From: Eledone cirrhosa
Taxonomy: Eukaryota
DNA length: 64,000 nt
Direction: 5' to 3'
Assembly: GCA_964016885.1 (NCBI GenBank)
Contig: OZ024764.1
Coordinates: forward strand, 23,436,001 to 23,500,000
The translations under genes were made by a program, and so were the position numbers. How positions within the stretch are numbered: position 1 is the stretch's first letter; the number at the start of each line of letters is the position of its first letter. Shown piece by piece: positions 25,104-38,479 of this stretch. The notes under the pieces were generated by a model. That model ran no database searches. It was not told the DNA's origin and saw only the letters and a list, made by a program, of their open reading frames with translations.

Positions 25104-25870
25104 TTAATCTAATGTCACTAATAACTACTTTTATCAGTCAGTTTAATCTAAAGTCACTAATAACTACTTTTATCAGTCAGTATAATCTAATGTCACTAAT
25201 AACTACTTTTATCAGTCAGTTTAATCTAAAGTCACTAATAACTACTTTTATCAGTCAGTATAATCTAATGTCACTAATAACTACTTTTATCAGTCAGTAT
25301 AATCTAAAGTCACTAATAACTACTTTTATCAGTCAGTATAATCTAATGTCACTAATAACTACTTTTATCAGTCAGTATAATCTAATGCCACTAATAACTA
25401 CTTTTATCAGTCAGTATAATCTAATGTCACTAATAACTACTTTTATCAGTCAGTATAATCTAATGTCACTAATAACTACTTTTATCAGTCAGTATAATCT
25501 AAAGTCACTAATAACTACTTTTATCAGTCAGTATAATCTAATGTCACTAATAACTACTTTTATCAGTCAGTATAATCTAATGCCACTAATAACTACTTTT
25601 ATCAGTCAGTATAATCTAAAGTCACTAATAACTACTTTTATCAGTCAGTATAATCTAATGCCACTAATAACTACTTTTATCAGTCAGTTTAATCTAAAGT
25701 CACTAATAACTACTTTTATCAGTCAGTATAATCTAATGCCACTAATAACTACTTTTATCAGTCAGTATAATCTAATGTCACTAATAACTACTTTTATCAG
25801 TCAGTTTAATCTAATGTCACTAATAACTACTTTTATCAGTCAGTTTAATCTACTACCACTAATAACTAAC
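25104..25870 (+). repeat. 39-bp minisatellite expanded to ~19-20 copies
   Basis: Source of the spurious (MSLITTFISQYNL)n ORF. Confidence 0.95.
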
Positions 25871-26829
25871 CTATGTTAGGCAGCACATTCTTCACCAAGG
25901 AAGCCCTTAGTATTTATTACAGTCCATTTATCAATATAGAAATATTATATGAAATTTGTACTGATGTATTACAAGTTTCTGAGTATCTTATAATGTTCTT
26001 TTATTATTTCAGAATACCAGAGGACATTGGCATTAAAGAGCACGTTACATCAGACATATCCTCAACATTAACCATCTCTAATGAAAGACACTACCCATCA
26101 TTTTCAAATAATTTTGAAAACACTCAACACTTTGAAGGGATTTAGTAATATAATTAAATTTCTCAGTATTAAGCTGCTATTTGGAACATAATTTTGCACA
26201 ATTTCATGAAGTTACAATGGAAAGTTTTTAGATAAATATAAAGACTGGTATGAAAAGGATAAAACACTTTTATATCAGTTGTTTCATCAACACTATTATT
26301 TAAAGATTAAAGGAAGCTGTTATACAGAACAGATACAACCTTGTTTATATAAATCTATGGGAGAAATACTGGGAAATATTTCTTCTAAACTCAATAACAC
26401 TTCTATTCTTTGCTGTCTGGAATATGTAGAAGATACAAAATAAAGCTGAAGAAATTTACACATGATTTTATAAGATCTTCATATATTGACAAAGACGATA
26501 GTTGATGGAACTACAGGAGTAGAAATATTTCCATTATTACAGGAATAACTAATCAAATAAAAACCAGAAAAATTAGATTCTTCACTGTCTGGAATATGTA
26601 CAAGATGATTTTATATGTATATTAAACTTGAAGACATCTACAAAACAGTTTGTATCATCTTTAAATATAAAGAAAGACCAAGTTGATGGAAATATATCTG
26701 GAGGAATATGTTTTAGGAATAATATTATAAATATAAAGAAGAAAAATATCCATATATTGACAGAAGAAAAATATTAAAACTGTGAATTATGTGAGAAACT
26801 GAGGTCATTGATATCTTTTAGTAGGAGAT

Positions 26830-27777
26830 ATGTCGAAAAATATAGTAAAATCACCATTCCACTGTGATATCTGTGGTAAATCATTCTCTCGTAGTAATCA
26901 GCTAACTACTCCCAAACGTAGTCATACAGGAGAGAAGCCTTATCACTGTGAAATCTGTGGTAAATCATTCAGTTACGGTAGTAGCATCAGAGTTCACAAG
27001 CAAATTCATACAGGAGAGAAGCCACATCACTGTGACATCTGTAGTAAATCATTCTCTTGCAGAGATAGCTTAACTACTCACAAACGTATTCATACAGGAG
27101 AGAAGCCATATCACTGTGATATCTGCGGTAAATCATTCGCTGACAGAAGTTGCTTAGCTACCCACAGACGTACTCATACAGGAGAGAAGCCATATCACTG
27201 TGACATCTGCGGTAATTCATTCTCTCAGAGCAATCACCTAACTACTCACAAACGTATTCATACAGGAGAGAAGACATATCAGTGTGACATCTGTGGTAAT
27301 TCATTCTCTCATAGTAATAACCTAACTACTCACAAACGTACTCATACGGGAGACAAACCATATCACTGTGACATCTGTGGTAAATCATTTGCTGACAGAA
27401 GTTGCTTAGCTACCCACAGACGTACTCATACAGGAGAGAAGCCATATCACTGTGACATCTGTGGTAAATCATTCTCTCAAAGTAATCACCTAACTCTCCA
27501 CAAACGTACTCATACAGGAGAGAAGCCATATCACTGTGACATCTGTGGTAAATCATTCTCTCGTAGTAATCACCTAACTATCCACAAACGTACTCATACA
27601 GGAGAGAAGCCATATCACTGTGACATCTGTGGTAAATCATTCTCTCATAGTAATCACCTAACTCTCCACAATCGTACTCATACAGGAGAGAAGCCATATC
27701 ACTGTGACATCTGTGGTAAATCATTCTCTCTTAGAGGTAACTTAACCAGGCATGTGCGTATTCATACAGAAGTTTAG
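26830..27777 (+). CDS. C2H2 zinc-finger protein, 315 aa, 11 repeats (first has H>P)
   Basis: Intact ORF with TGEKP-linked fingers and the same MSKNIVKSP start. Confidence 0.93.
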   Translation: MSKNIVKSPFHCDICGKSFSRSNQLTTPKRSHTGEKPYHCEICGKSFSYGSSIRVHKQIHTGEKPHHCDICSKSFSCRDSLTTHKRIHTGEKPYHCDICGKSFADRSCLATHRRTHTGEKPYHCDICGNSFSQSNHLTTHKRIHTGEKTYQCDICGNSFSHSNNLTTHKRTHTGDKPYHCDICGKSFADRSCLATHRRTHTGEKPYHCDICGKSFSQSNHLTLHKRTHTGEKPYHCDICGKSFSRSNHLTIHKRTHTGEKPYHCDICGKSFSHSNHLTLHNRTHTGEKPYHCDICGKSFSLRGNLTRHVRIHTEV

Positions 27778-28399
27778 CTGTATCAATATCAAACTCATTA
27801 CATCATACTACAACAAATGTGTAGATCCATCATCCTTGCTAAAACTGGGGATAACCTTGTAGGTTTTACCTAGGACAGGGATTATAAACACCAGGTTTCC
27901 ATTTTTGAAGCAGTGTTTGAAGATTTTGTGTAAATTAAAGTTTTTCACATTAAACTTTGATTTATTATACTTTAACAGGTAAGATATATATTTGTATTTT
28001 TAGTAAAGGTTGGGAACTTCTGTAATTTAAACCTGCCAATAAAATGAAAACTTTTGTTGTTGCTAGTCAGACATTGGTATTAATTCTATTGTCCTGTACA
28101 TTGTCTCAAATATCACAGATTAAACAGATTTTAACAATATCAACAGAAATCAATAACTTGTAAGCCTAATATCTAGCTTCCATTTTAACTATTTGATATT
28201 GTTGTTCCCCTCCTGTCACTTCAGGTCTTTTAGATTTCAACTTCTATCTACTGTACTATTCCATCACCAAGGCAACATTCATCTGGCTGGCAGCTTACAT
28301 CAACTACAGATCTCATCAGTGGTTCACAACAAGCTGTCTGAAAGAAACTTCCAGATATCTTCTATATCATAGCTATCAATCTCCTCCTCCTTATCATAT

Positions 28400-28915
28400 G
28401 TACCACTCTCACAGTCCCTCTAGATCTTATATTTAACAAGGAGATCTTTTACTATCTCTACCCTTTTCTCTAGGTTGTCTTGTAGCACTCTCACAGTCCC
28501 TATAGATCTTATATTTAACGGGGAGATTCTTTACTGTCTCTACTCTTTTCTCTAGGTTGTCTTGTACCTCTCTCACAGTCCCTATATATATCTTATATTT
28601 AACAGGGAGATCTTTTACTATCCCTACCCTTTTCTCTAGATTGTCTTGTATCTCTTTTACAGTCCCTCTAGATCTTATATTTAACAGGGAGATCTTTTAC
28701 TAGCCCTACCCTTTTCTCTAGGTTTTCTTTTACCTCTCTCACAGTCCCTCTAGATCTTATATTTAACAGGGAGATCTTTTACTCTCCAACCCTTTTCTCT
28801 AGGTCGTCTTGTACCTCCCTCACAATCCCTGTAGATCTTATATTTAACAGGGAGATCTTTTACTCTCCAACCCTTCTACAGATAGTCTTGTATATGTCAT
28901 TCCCTCTAGATCTTA
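28400..28915 (+). repeat. 82-bp minisatellite (~6 copies)
   Basis: Same unit as at 11548. Confidence 0.88.
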
Positions 28916-29206
28916 CACCTCGTATCTAGTCTATGTTGAGTGGTACGTCTTTCTCCAGTAAAGGAGTTAATATTCCCAACCATGTGTCTATCCTGTTTTC
29001 TGATGAGAATGAAGTCAATCTAGTTTATCTCTTCACCTGATTGAAGTAAACTAGATCAAGTAACTAGATGGTTTCCTGTAAGTTAGTGTTGCAGTGTTTG
29101 TGTCACCATGTAAGGTTTATATCTATTAATATAGAGATGTAGTAAAGTTTTCACTGTTGTATCTCTACTTTCTAAATATCTTAATAATGTTTCTCTACTA
29201 TTTCAG

Positions 29207-29575
29207 AATATCACATGACCTTGACAGAAAAGAGTCCTTTAAAGACAACAGAAAGATGTTACATACAAGTGATATAAACTTGTTTAGTCTGTGGTGAATT
29301 ATGGTGAAATATTTCTTCTGAATTGAGATAAATATTTTCCTTTTTCACTGTCTGGAATATTTACAAGATGATTTTACATTCTGATTAAACTTTAGATATT
29401 TACAAAGGAGTTTTCAAAATATTTGGATATTGACAAAGATCACATTTGGTAAAAATTATGAACAATAGAAATATTTACATCAACATAGGAATATTTTCCA
29501 GAAGAGATGGGAAAATCATTATACCACTGTAATATTTGTGGTAAAGTATTCTCTCTTCTTTATATGTAGAACATC
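29207..29575 (+). pseudogene. Relic ZNF exon, unit B
   Basis: Paralog of 12257-12620 (MGKSLYHCNICGKVFS). Confidence 0.6.
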
Positions 29576-29697
29576 TAACTAAACACTTTAACTAACAAAC
29601 TATTGTGCTATAGAATTGACAAACTTGAGCAATGTTTAATAAATGTTACAGATTTCTCCAAACTGTCGTTTACTAACTTTAATTTGAAGCTATATTA

Positions 29698-30060
29698 TCT
29701 ATATACTACTAAAACTGTGATTGTGTCTTGTCTAATTTAATACAGCTAAAACAGTGCATAATGGGGAAATACTTTGAAAAGAATAAAACAATTTTTGTAT
29801 AAATTGGAGCACAGGTTCCCAAGATTCAAGGTTTTCTGGGTACCTTGATATATATAGGGAGAGAAAGAGATAGTGGTTGTGAGAGTGAGGAGACAGATGG
29901 AAGAGAGAGAGAGAGAGCTGGTGGTGTTGTTTAATAAAATGTGTGTGTGTATATATATATATACGTATGTGTATATTTTAACTATTTAAAAATTATTTTT
30001 AAATGACTTTTAAAAAATAGTTTTAAGGGAACGTGACCCAACAGGTCCCGGGTGGTCTAG
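29698..30060 (+). mobile_element. Non-autonomous Helitron-like element
   Basis: A|TC...CTAG|T termini. Confidence 0.75.
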
Positions 30061-30467
30061 TTTGTTACTAAATACTAGATATTAGAGGGTCATGTTGTTC
30101 TAGATGTGCTGGAAGAGCTATTCCATCTTGTGAGGTTCACACCAGCAGCTAGCCACCTCAGCACCTATGGTGGTATATTTATTATATTATTTATTCTTTA
30201 TCATTAACATTAATATAAAAGATAATTATATATTTTTAGAGAAGAACCTCTAATTTTATATAGCTTAGGGCTTCAGTAGGTAAAAGTCTGGCCCTGCTTG
30301 TCTTGTATTTTTTAGGGGAGAAGTTAGGGAATACTGTTATTGTGTGAAAGTTTTCTAAATCTTCTTCAGCCACTAACATGGAGAAGATATTTCAGTAAAA
30401 AGGTTCACATCCTGACATCTATAGCTGTTAACAATGAGATTGGAATTCATTATTAAACAAATGTTAT

Positions 30468-30945
30468 ATCATCATCACTGTTTTACATCAGTTTTTTCAC
30501 TCTGGCATGGGTTAGACGAGTTATCCTGTTGTAAGCAAGGCCAGGTCAGGTGACCACGTGTTGCTCCTACAGAACAAATTTTGGATTGGTTTCTACAGCT
30601 GGATGCCCTTCCTAGCACCAACCTTATTTACATTGAGTACTGGGTGCATTTTACCATCTCACCATCACGACCTCTTTACAGTGTGGGCTGGGTGCTTTTT
30701 GTGACACCTATATGACCACTTTACAGTGTGGGCTGGGTGCTTTTTGTTGTCACCTACATGACCACTTTACAGTGTGGGCTGGGTGCTTTTTGTTGTGACA
30801 CCAACATGACCACTTTAAAGTTTTGGCTGGTTTCTTTTTGTCATATCACCTACATGACCACCTTATAATGTTGACTGTGTTCTTTGCAGTGTGGGTTGGG
30901 TGCTTTTTGTCATATCACCTACCCAACCACTTTGCAGTGTGGGCA
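30468..30945 (-). repeat. RTE 3'UTR remnant plus 48-bp minisatellite
   Basis: Paralog of 13500-14010. Confidence 0.8.
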
Positions 30946-31169
30946 GTGAAATATCAGTAATGCACCAGCTCCAATATTAAGTAATCAGAAGAAGGGAGGT
31001 AGGCATAAAAGCCAAACTTGCTGTCTTCAATTAGGTTTTTGTGCCAACCCTTACCTATGGTCACATATCTTGGGTAATGACCAAAAGAATATGATTGCGA
31101 ATACAAGTGGCAGATATGGGATTCATCTGAAGGGTCTTTGAAGGAATGTTTCTCAATAAAGTGCATAGC

Positions 31170-31450
31170 TCTGAGATCAGAGAGTCACTCCAGGTGGAGC
31201 TGTTACTTCTCCTATTTGAGAGATCACAGCTGCAATACTATGGCCATGTGGTTAGAATGTCTGAGGAAAGAATCACTGGATAGATTTTACAGGCAAAACT
31301 AACCAGCAGGAGACCCAGGGGTAGACCTGAGCAAGATGGTCACATAACATCCATGAGCTTGGCTGGTCTCTCTGGGAGATCCAGCCAGATCAGTTGGAGT
31401 GGGTTTCTTCTGACAGGACCTGTTGGAGGGAGTGTTTGAGGACTGCCCCC
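31170..31450 (+). mobile_element. RTE-like LINE C-terminal fragment
   Basis: QLQYYGHVVRMSEERI...RRPRGRP; also at ~46170-46460. Confidence 0.6.
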
Positions 31451-31777
31451 AAGACCCTCTCTGGAATGACTGAATTAATAAGAAGAGGTTGAGGTTACAT
31501 CATCAACATCAGATTTCCCTGCTAGCAAGGGTTTAATGAGTCTACTTCAACCAAGTAAGTACTGAAGTGAGGCTACTGATCTCCCAGACAGACCAAGGAT
31601 CTGACACTTATTTACATAAGGTCTCATTAGCTACTGAGTGCACAGAAAAGGTTGTCATGTCTTTGTCATGATTGAAGGGTTCTCCAACACTATTGTCGGG
31701 CAAGCTTTCTATAGCTAGATGTCCTTCACATGACCAACCACATTACAGCCTGTGTTGGGTGTGTTTATCATGTAGGT

Positions 31778-33804
31778 GAGGCATAACAAACTGAGGGTTC
31801 CCCAAGGGCCACATAGGTCACATGTGTTGTCTGAGGGTTGCACACTACAACTAATTATGTACATTACAACTAATTAAAGTCATTTAATAAAATTTAATAT
31901 AAAAAGATTTGTTACTTAAATTTAGAAACATACAATGTACATACAAATGTTTTAGCAGCATTCATGAATACAAAGTAATGAAGTAGTTTGATAAAAAACT
32001 AAAATTTAACATGTCAACATATACTTGCAGATTGTAACGGCAACAAATACATTGTACACAAATAACAACAGTTGAAAACTGAACATTTATTTGCTACTAT
32101 TCAACCATTTTTAGTGTTTTGTCCTGAGGCTTGACACTTCTTTCTGTTGACTATTTTTGGTATGTCTGGCTGAAATGTCTGTACAGTTTCAACTTTAATC
32201 AGAGATGACAAGTGTTGATCTGTCAGCCTTGTTCTCTGAGAAGTTTTTGTTAAGCTAAGTACAGACTCAGTATGGGCAGTGATTTTCAGCTCTTTGCACA
32301 TAAGAAAATGAATTAAATTTTCCTCTGACAACGGAGACTTCCATAAGCTAAGTTTTCTAATGAAGAACTTGATGTCATCATACAACTGAGTGATGGGTTT
32401 GTTTTTACCTTGTAATTTCAAATTAAGGTCAGTTAATTGTGCAGTAATATCCACAAATAAAGCCAGATGTTGGAGCCAACTTTCATCTTTTGTTTCATCT
32501 GTGTTTTGACTTTTCATCTCCAAAAACATAATTATTTCAGCACTTTGTGACATGTCAACCAGCAGACTTCTGTGTCGAATGGAACATTGGTGAACTGATT
32601 ATCCATATCTTCCAACAACTGGCTGAACTGATGGTGGTTGAGAGCACGCCTCTGATTTAGTTCACTGTCTTTGTGACCAAGCTAAGCACATGATGCAATT
32701 TTAAAATCTTTGAACATAAATTTTGCTGATGAATAATACAGTGAAAATGTGCAAATGATGAATCTAGATATGAGTTTTCTATTTTTGTTTGTAACTTGGC
32801 AGCAACACCATTATGTCTACCAACCATATTTGCAGCACTGTCAGTAGATAAACATGCAAGTTTACTCAGATCAAAACCATGCAGACCCTGCTTGACCTTC
32901 TCAAAGATGTCCTGGCTCGTTATAGTGTCATGCATGGGGACCAGTTCAATCAGTTCTTCATAAATATTAAATTCACTGTCACAGGCCCTGATGAAGAATG
33001 CAAGCTGTACTATTTCAGTGATGTCAACAGTCTCTTCAATAGCAATAGAAACATGTTCAAACCTTGATGATACAGCCTTTAACTGTTGTTTCAGATCACC
33101 TGACATTTCATTAATCTGTTCAGCAACAGTGTTACTCGTTAATGAAATGTCTTTGAATAACTCTGCTTTCTCTGTACAATTTCAGCTGTTTTTACAAGAC
33201 ATTGCTTTACAAAATCTCCTTCACTGTAAGATTTCCCACTCATGGCAATCATTCGACTGAGTTCATAGCTTGCAGTAACGGAAGTGACATTCTCTTCCTG
33301 AATTAACATAAAACAGGTCTATTGCTGTGTCAAGTTAGACTTCAATTCCTTGAGTCTTGAAACACACATTGGGCCTTCATATTTATCGTAAGATCGAGGG
33401 TTTCTTTCATAATGTCTTTTTAAATTGTACTCTTTTGGCGTGGAGATGTAGTTGTTGCAAATTAAACAGTGTATCTTTCTGTTCACCATTGGGCAAAAAT
33501 ACTGTAATTCCCACTTTTCTTGAAACACTTGCCCTTCTTCGTTCAATTTCCTTTTTCTCTTAGCTGGAGGAGCACTAACCATTTCAAAAACAAAAACTTT
33601 TGAAATTTTGAAAGAAAGTTTTCTGTTAATGAGCTGCACGTGATTAATGGAAGTTAAAAGTAGTTGACAAAAATTGCACAAAAAAAACAATTGTATCTAA
33701 AAATTTTTAAATTTTATATTACGAAAATGAAACATGCTCGCATGTAAAAACCTTTGTGTGGGCCGCAGGTTTGCTTGCAAAGGGCCGCATGTTTGACAGG
33801 TCTG
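31778..33804 (-). mobile_element. Buster/SPIN-type hAT transposon, decayed, internally deleted
   Basis: GTF2IRD2/SPIN-like fragments (FQEKWELQYF, CLIC, NLKRHY, LSTDSAANMVG, HCIIHQQNLC). Terminus CAGACCTGTCAAACATGCGGCCC. TSD ATGTAGGT/ATGTGGGT. Confidence 0.9.
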
Positions 33805-33959
33805 ATGTGGGTTACCAACACTAGGGAGGGCAGCATGTCCTTCAATGTCTTCTGCTACATTAACTACCAGGAGGTCACCACATGACACAAAGACATTTCA
33901 AAGAAGGGTCACAAAAGAACTAAATACAAAAGTACCCACAATTCAGGAAAAAGCAAATA

Positions 33960-34375
33960 ATTGAGCTTTGGGTCTAGGTTAATGGGGCAGAAGTGCTGTG
34001 GCCTGTGGACAAGACTACAAAAGTATCCCCCCCCCTGGTCGATGGACAGTTACACCCACTGGAACAACCACCCCAACCTCATGGAGCTCCCTCTTCAGAA
34101 GAGCCACCAACGTTCTGATCTTACAGAGGAGCTTGGCAGTACGGGGTCCAAGTACTTCTGAGGTCTCGATGGTGACCGGTGTGAAGAGACCTACAATTGA
34201 AGTCATCCCAGTTATGTTGGACTGTAATATACTGGGGTATAGAGAGGCCTTAACCTGTCTCAGCCGGGCCACCCAGGGTTGTGTCATCTAGGTACCAGAC
34301 AGGGGTGACTAGACCATGTTGTCAACTGTCAGCACCAATAGGAGTGAGGCGAGTGGGTCCCCTTGCTAGACACCA
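33960..34375 (-). mobile_element. Second, older CRE-like RT/RLE fragment
   Basis: Minus strand reads GV*QGDPLASLL, VWYLDDTTLG, then FTPVTIETSEVLGPRT (the end of an RLE domain). Confidence 0.6.
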
Positions 34376-34620
34376 TATATAAAACGTATTTGCTAATTAC
34401 TTTAGTGAATAATTTGTTTCATACGTAATTATTACTTTTAACACAATAGGATTATGTACACGTGTTTGTTTGAAAACATCTTTCAAAGAAGTATGAGACA
34501 GTCTTTTGTAGTGTTTATTATAGTAAATTACTGTATGTTGAGCTGTTTTAACTTCTCCACCTTCTATTATTTTATATTGTTTTTGTAAAAAAATGAGATC
34601 TTTTTCATATATATATATGA

Positions 34621-34830
34621 AGGCGTGTGGCTGAGTGGTTAGAGAATTGGATTCGGAATTGTGAGGTTGTGAGTTCGATTCCCAGACCGGGCGATGCGTT
34701 ATGTCCTTGAGCAAGACATCTTATTTCACGTTGCTCCTTCTACCTGGAGTTGCGACCGATAGATAGTATTAGCAATTGGAAAGACCAATGGAAACATTGT
34801 TTCCTCGGTCCGATTTGACGAAAAGTCGAT
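34621..34830 (+). mobile_element. tRNA-derived CORE-like SINE with intact head
   Basis: A box TGGCTGAGTGG (34628), B box GAGTTCGATTCC (34671), core TGTCCTTGAGCAAGACA. Confidence 0.8.
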
Positions 34831-35804
34831 CATAAAAAATATATATAGAGAGAGAGAGAGAAACACACAAACATACACTACTGTATTACATATGTAAGGG
34901 GAGACAACTCTCGTTACATCCACCCTTCTTTTTGATATACGTCCATTAAATACTTTGTACAATGGAATCTGCTTTATTTTGTGTCCTAAGTAGATTTCTG
35001 TTTAATTATTTACGAGATTCACAATGATTCACGTAACCAAGTTACTTACATAGAGATATATTTCACATAGAATCACCACAAATGAAAATATTAAGTCAAC
35101 ACTCTGTCAATCAGTCTCACATCACATGGGGTGCTGGAGTCTCCTTCTAATACTTTCTGAGACAGTCTTACCTCGAGTGATAGCAAGGCTAAGATGTTGG
35201 AACTACCAAACACCCTCATATGTATCACCTGACACCTCGGTAAGGAGAGCTCCCAACGATAACAAGAACCTCGTTGTCAGGGACCTATCTCCTCCAAACT
35301 TCTCCAACACCACAGACTAGAATATTCTACTCTTTATTCCCTATCAAATATATTTCAGTCTAGTCATTTATCATGTATCTTGTATATGTATTTTGAAAAC
35401 TAACTGTCACATTTGTAAGACCCCAGTTAGTGATGTTTTTCTCTCCCTCCCACATCCTACATGCTGTAGTAAAAGTGAGGGTCACTGCTTCTGTAGACGA
35501 ACGAAATAAAAGCTAAACTACCAGTAATTATCGGCAAAGTATTTATTCCAGTCTGTGATGTTTGAGAAGCTGGCCTGCTGACAACGAAGTTGTTGTCACT
35601 GTTGGCGGCTGGCTTTACCGAAGTACCCGATGACTCTTGTCAGGGTACTTAGCTGTTCTGACGTTATGCCTCCACCTGACCCGATCTTAACGAGATACCC
35701 GGTGATCTCTGTCAGGGTACTTAGCTGTCCTATTTTAATTACATTTACTGATTTCAACTTCATTTTTCTATTACAAACTTTACATAATTTAATTCGGTAA
35801 AAAT

Positions 35805-35934
35805 ATTTTACGTCACAAAAAAACATTGAAGCATGCGCAGTGGTGCAGTTGACGACTTCCTGTCCACGTGTCAGTCTTCCTACAACAACATTTAGACAAC
35901 ATTTCTGTAAATACTAAACACCTGAGACTATAAT
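35805..35934 (+). promoter_or_regulatory. Putative promoter and exon 1, unit C (donor 35935; acceptor ending 41512)
   Basis: Same motif cluster and donor as units A and B. Confidence 0.55.
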
Positions 35935-36469
35935 GTAAGTATTATGTCTATTAATATTGTAGATTTAAGCTCACTCTTCACATCACAAATATATATTTTC
36001 TTGTTTGTTTCATTACTGGAAATATAAAATGTTATCGTAATTATCTATATTTTACCTACCTCTAATTAATTAAAGTGAAAACTTTTGTTGTTGCTGAAAA
36101 ATAAATTAACAAAACTAAATATTTAAATATTCTAAAGGTCGTTTTTATATTATGTGATGATATAATTAATATATTTTATTACAATTATATAAATTTACAG
36201 TAGAATAACGTTGTAAATATGTTTTAAATATATACATAAATAACATAAGTGTGTAAATAACATTATAAATTGCTGGCAATTCCTTGAGAAAGACATTACA
36301 AATATATTGTCTAAACTGTGTATAATAATATAATTTATTGAACAATAATGATAAAGGAAAGAAAAACACAGTGGGAGATGGCAATTGACCACCAGGTGTG
36401 ATAATAGGCCACACCTCACACCTTAGGGGTTAACTACACACTTTGAGGCAAGCCAACACACTAAGGTTT

Positions 36470-36749
36470 ACTAAGGTGTTAAAATAACCAGGTACCCTCA
36501 CGGGTATCACCTGACACCTCGGTAAGGCGAGGCTAAGGTGCTGAAATAACCAGTTACCCTCACGGGTATCACCTGACACCTCAGTAAGGTGAGGCTAAGG
36601 TGCTGAAATAACCAGGTACCCTCACGGGTATCACCTGACACCTCAGAAAGGTGAGGCTAAGGTGTTGAAATAACCAGGTACCCTCACGGGTATCACCTGA
36701 CACTTCAGTAAGGTGAGTCTAAGGGGTTGAAATAACCAGGTACCCTCAC
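36470..36749 (+). repeat. 62-bp minisatellite (~4.5 copies)
   Basis: Same unit as at 4350. Confidence 0.88.
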
Positions 36750-37108
36750 GGAAACGACTAGATTTTTAGAAAAAGTAGGGTGAAAGTATACGAAGAGATG
36801 TAGTTTCACAGATCTACTCACACCTCACGTTGGGTGGGAAATAATTATTTTTCTTAGATTTTTTTCTAGACCCCTTTTCAATATTTTCTCTGAACCCCTT
36901 AGATACTTGCAATAGACGTTTTATTCCCCACAGTATTAGGGTTAGGGTTTCCGTTTTCAGGAAGAAAAGTCGATTGCAAACATCTAAGAGGTCGAGAAAA
37001 ATTATAAGGAAAGATAATTATTTCCCAGCCAACTGGTGAAATGTGTAGCTCTTCTAAACTCTGATAATCCTGTCTCCCACTTCTTTATCTACAAATCTAG
37101 TCGTTTCC
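36750..37108. mobile_element. MITE-like element
   Basis: Same TIRs as 4574-4915 with one mismatch. Confidence 0.72.
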
Positions 37109-37510
37109 TGCTACTTTGAAGGCCCTATTTATTGATAACACCACCTGTAAATCTTTGTCAACTTTTCACACGTAAATTGTGAATCAGTTATTTTTAAACA
37201 AACTATCAAAGAAGTGATCTCACAGTAACTGTGTTTGATTCAATCAACTTATTCCCCCCAAACATTGTCGACCTTGTGTCTAAATCAGAAACTATTATAA
37301 GATCTTAAATCAACCCCGTAAAGATGAAGGGCAAAGCTAACCTCGGCGGGATTTCAACCCTTTATGTTATGAGTTCAAATCCCACCAAAGTTAACTCTGT
37401 CTTTCATTCTAACGGAGTGGATAAATTAAAGTTCCAGTAATCTACTGGGGTCTGAGATATTAAGGTTTGAGTAGATTCTATCTTTTTGTGTGTTTGTATT
37501 TATAATCTTA

Positions 37511-37619
37511 CTAGAACACCTGTGACCTGTTGGGTCACGTTCCCTTTAAAAATAATATTTAAATAATTAAAATATACACAGACATGTATATAATGTAAAA
37601 TGAAATTAGTAGGCCCATG

Positions 37620-37702
<83 letters not shown>

Positions 37703-37713
37703 ATATATACATA

Positions 37714-37755
<42 letters not shown>

Positions 37756-38340
37756 GAAAGATTTGAATGGATACAGTTTAGTTGAAAGGAATTTATTGAC
37801 ACGTGTTTCTATAACAGTTACATAACCTAAAACAGCTGCTATCTACAAACTTTTAGTTTATGTAACTGTTATAGAAACACGTGTCAATAAATTCCTTTCA
37901 ACTAAACTGTATCCATTCAAATCTTTCTATTTTTCTCCGGATTACTTTTGGAACTACAACTGGAACCGTCGAGCAAACTCTACGTGAGCTGATAATCTAC
38001 TGTGTGTAATATTTATATTACAACACAACGGAAAATACTGTATATATATATATATATATATATACACACGTCACTTGATATAATTTTATAACTTTGTTCA
38101 ACAGCACCACCAGCTATCTCTCTCACACACACCCATTATCTTTCTCTCTCTATTTATAAAGGTGCCAGAAAAACCCCATATCTCGGGAACCTGTACATTG
38201 ATTTACGTGAAACTTATTTTATCCCATTTGTATTCCCATTTCAGGGTCAACTTCCTTTCAAACTATTTTCCCATTATACCCCGTTTTGGCTGTATTACAT
38301 TACAGACAAGACACAATCACAGAGTTTTAGGTTTATAATG
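37511..38340 (-). mobile_element. Antisense Helitron-like element with a nested palindromic insertion
   Basis: CTAG at 37511; paralog of 5695-6125. Confidence 0.65.
37753..37930. repeat. Perfect 73-bp inverted repeat with 32-nt spacer
   Basis: 37753-37825 is the exact reverse complement of 37858-37930. Confidence 0.93.
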
Positions 38341-38479
38341 TTATAGTATCATGATAGGGTAATACAGTTATTTATAGACCTGTGGTAAATGTTGGTTCAG
38401 TCCACCCTGGGGGGTGTAAGTGTTGGTTCAGTCTACCCTGAGGGGTGTCAGTGTTGGTCAATGATAACCTTTATAACTA

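Noticed and set aside
25112-25879. 255-aa repeat protein ORF
   Set aside because: Translation of an intronic 39-bp minisatellite whose length is not conserved between paralogs.
32101-33690. Domesticated GTF2IRD2/ZBED-like host gene
   Set aside because: Fragmented by frameshifts and bounded by hAT termini and a TSD.
34621-34695. tRNA gene
   Set aside because: A and B boxes run into a SINE core, and no convincing acceptor stem is present.
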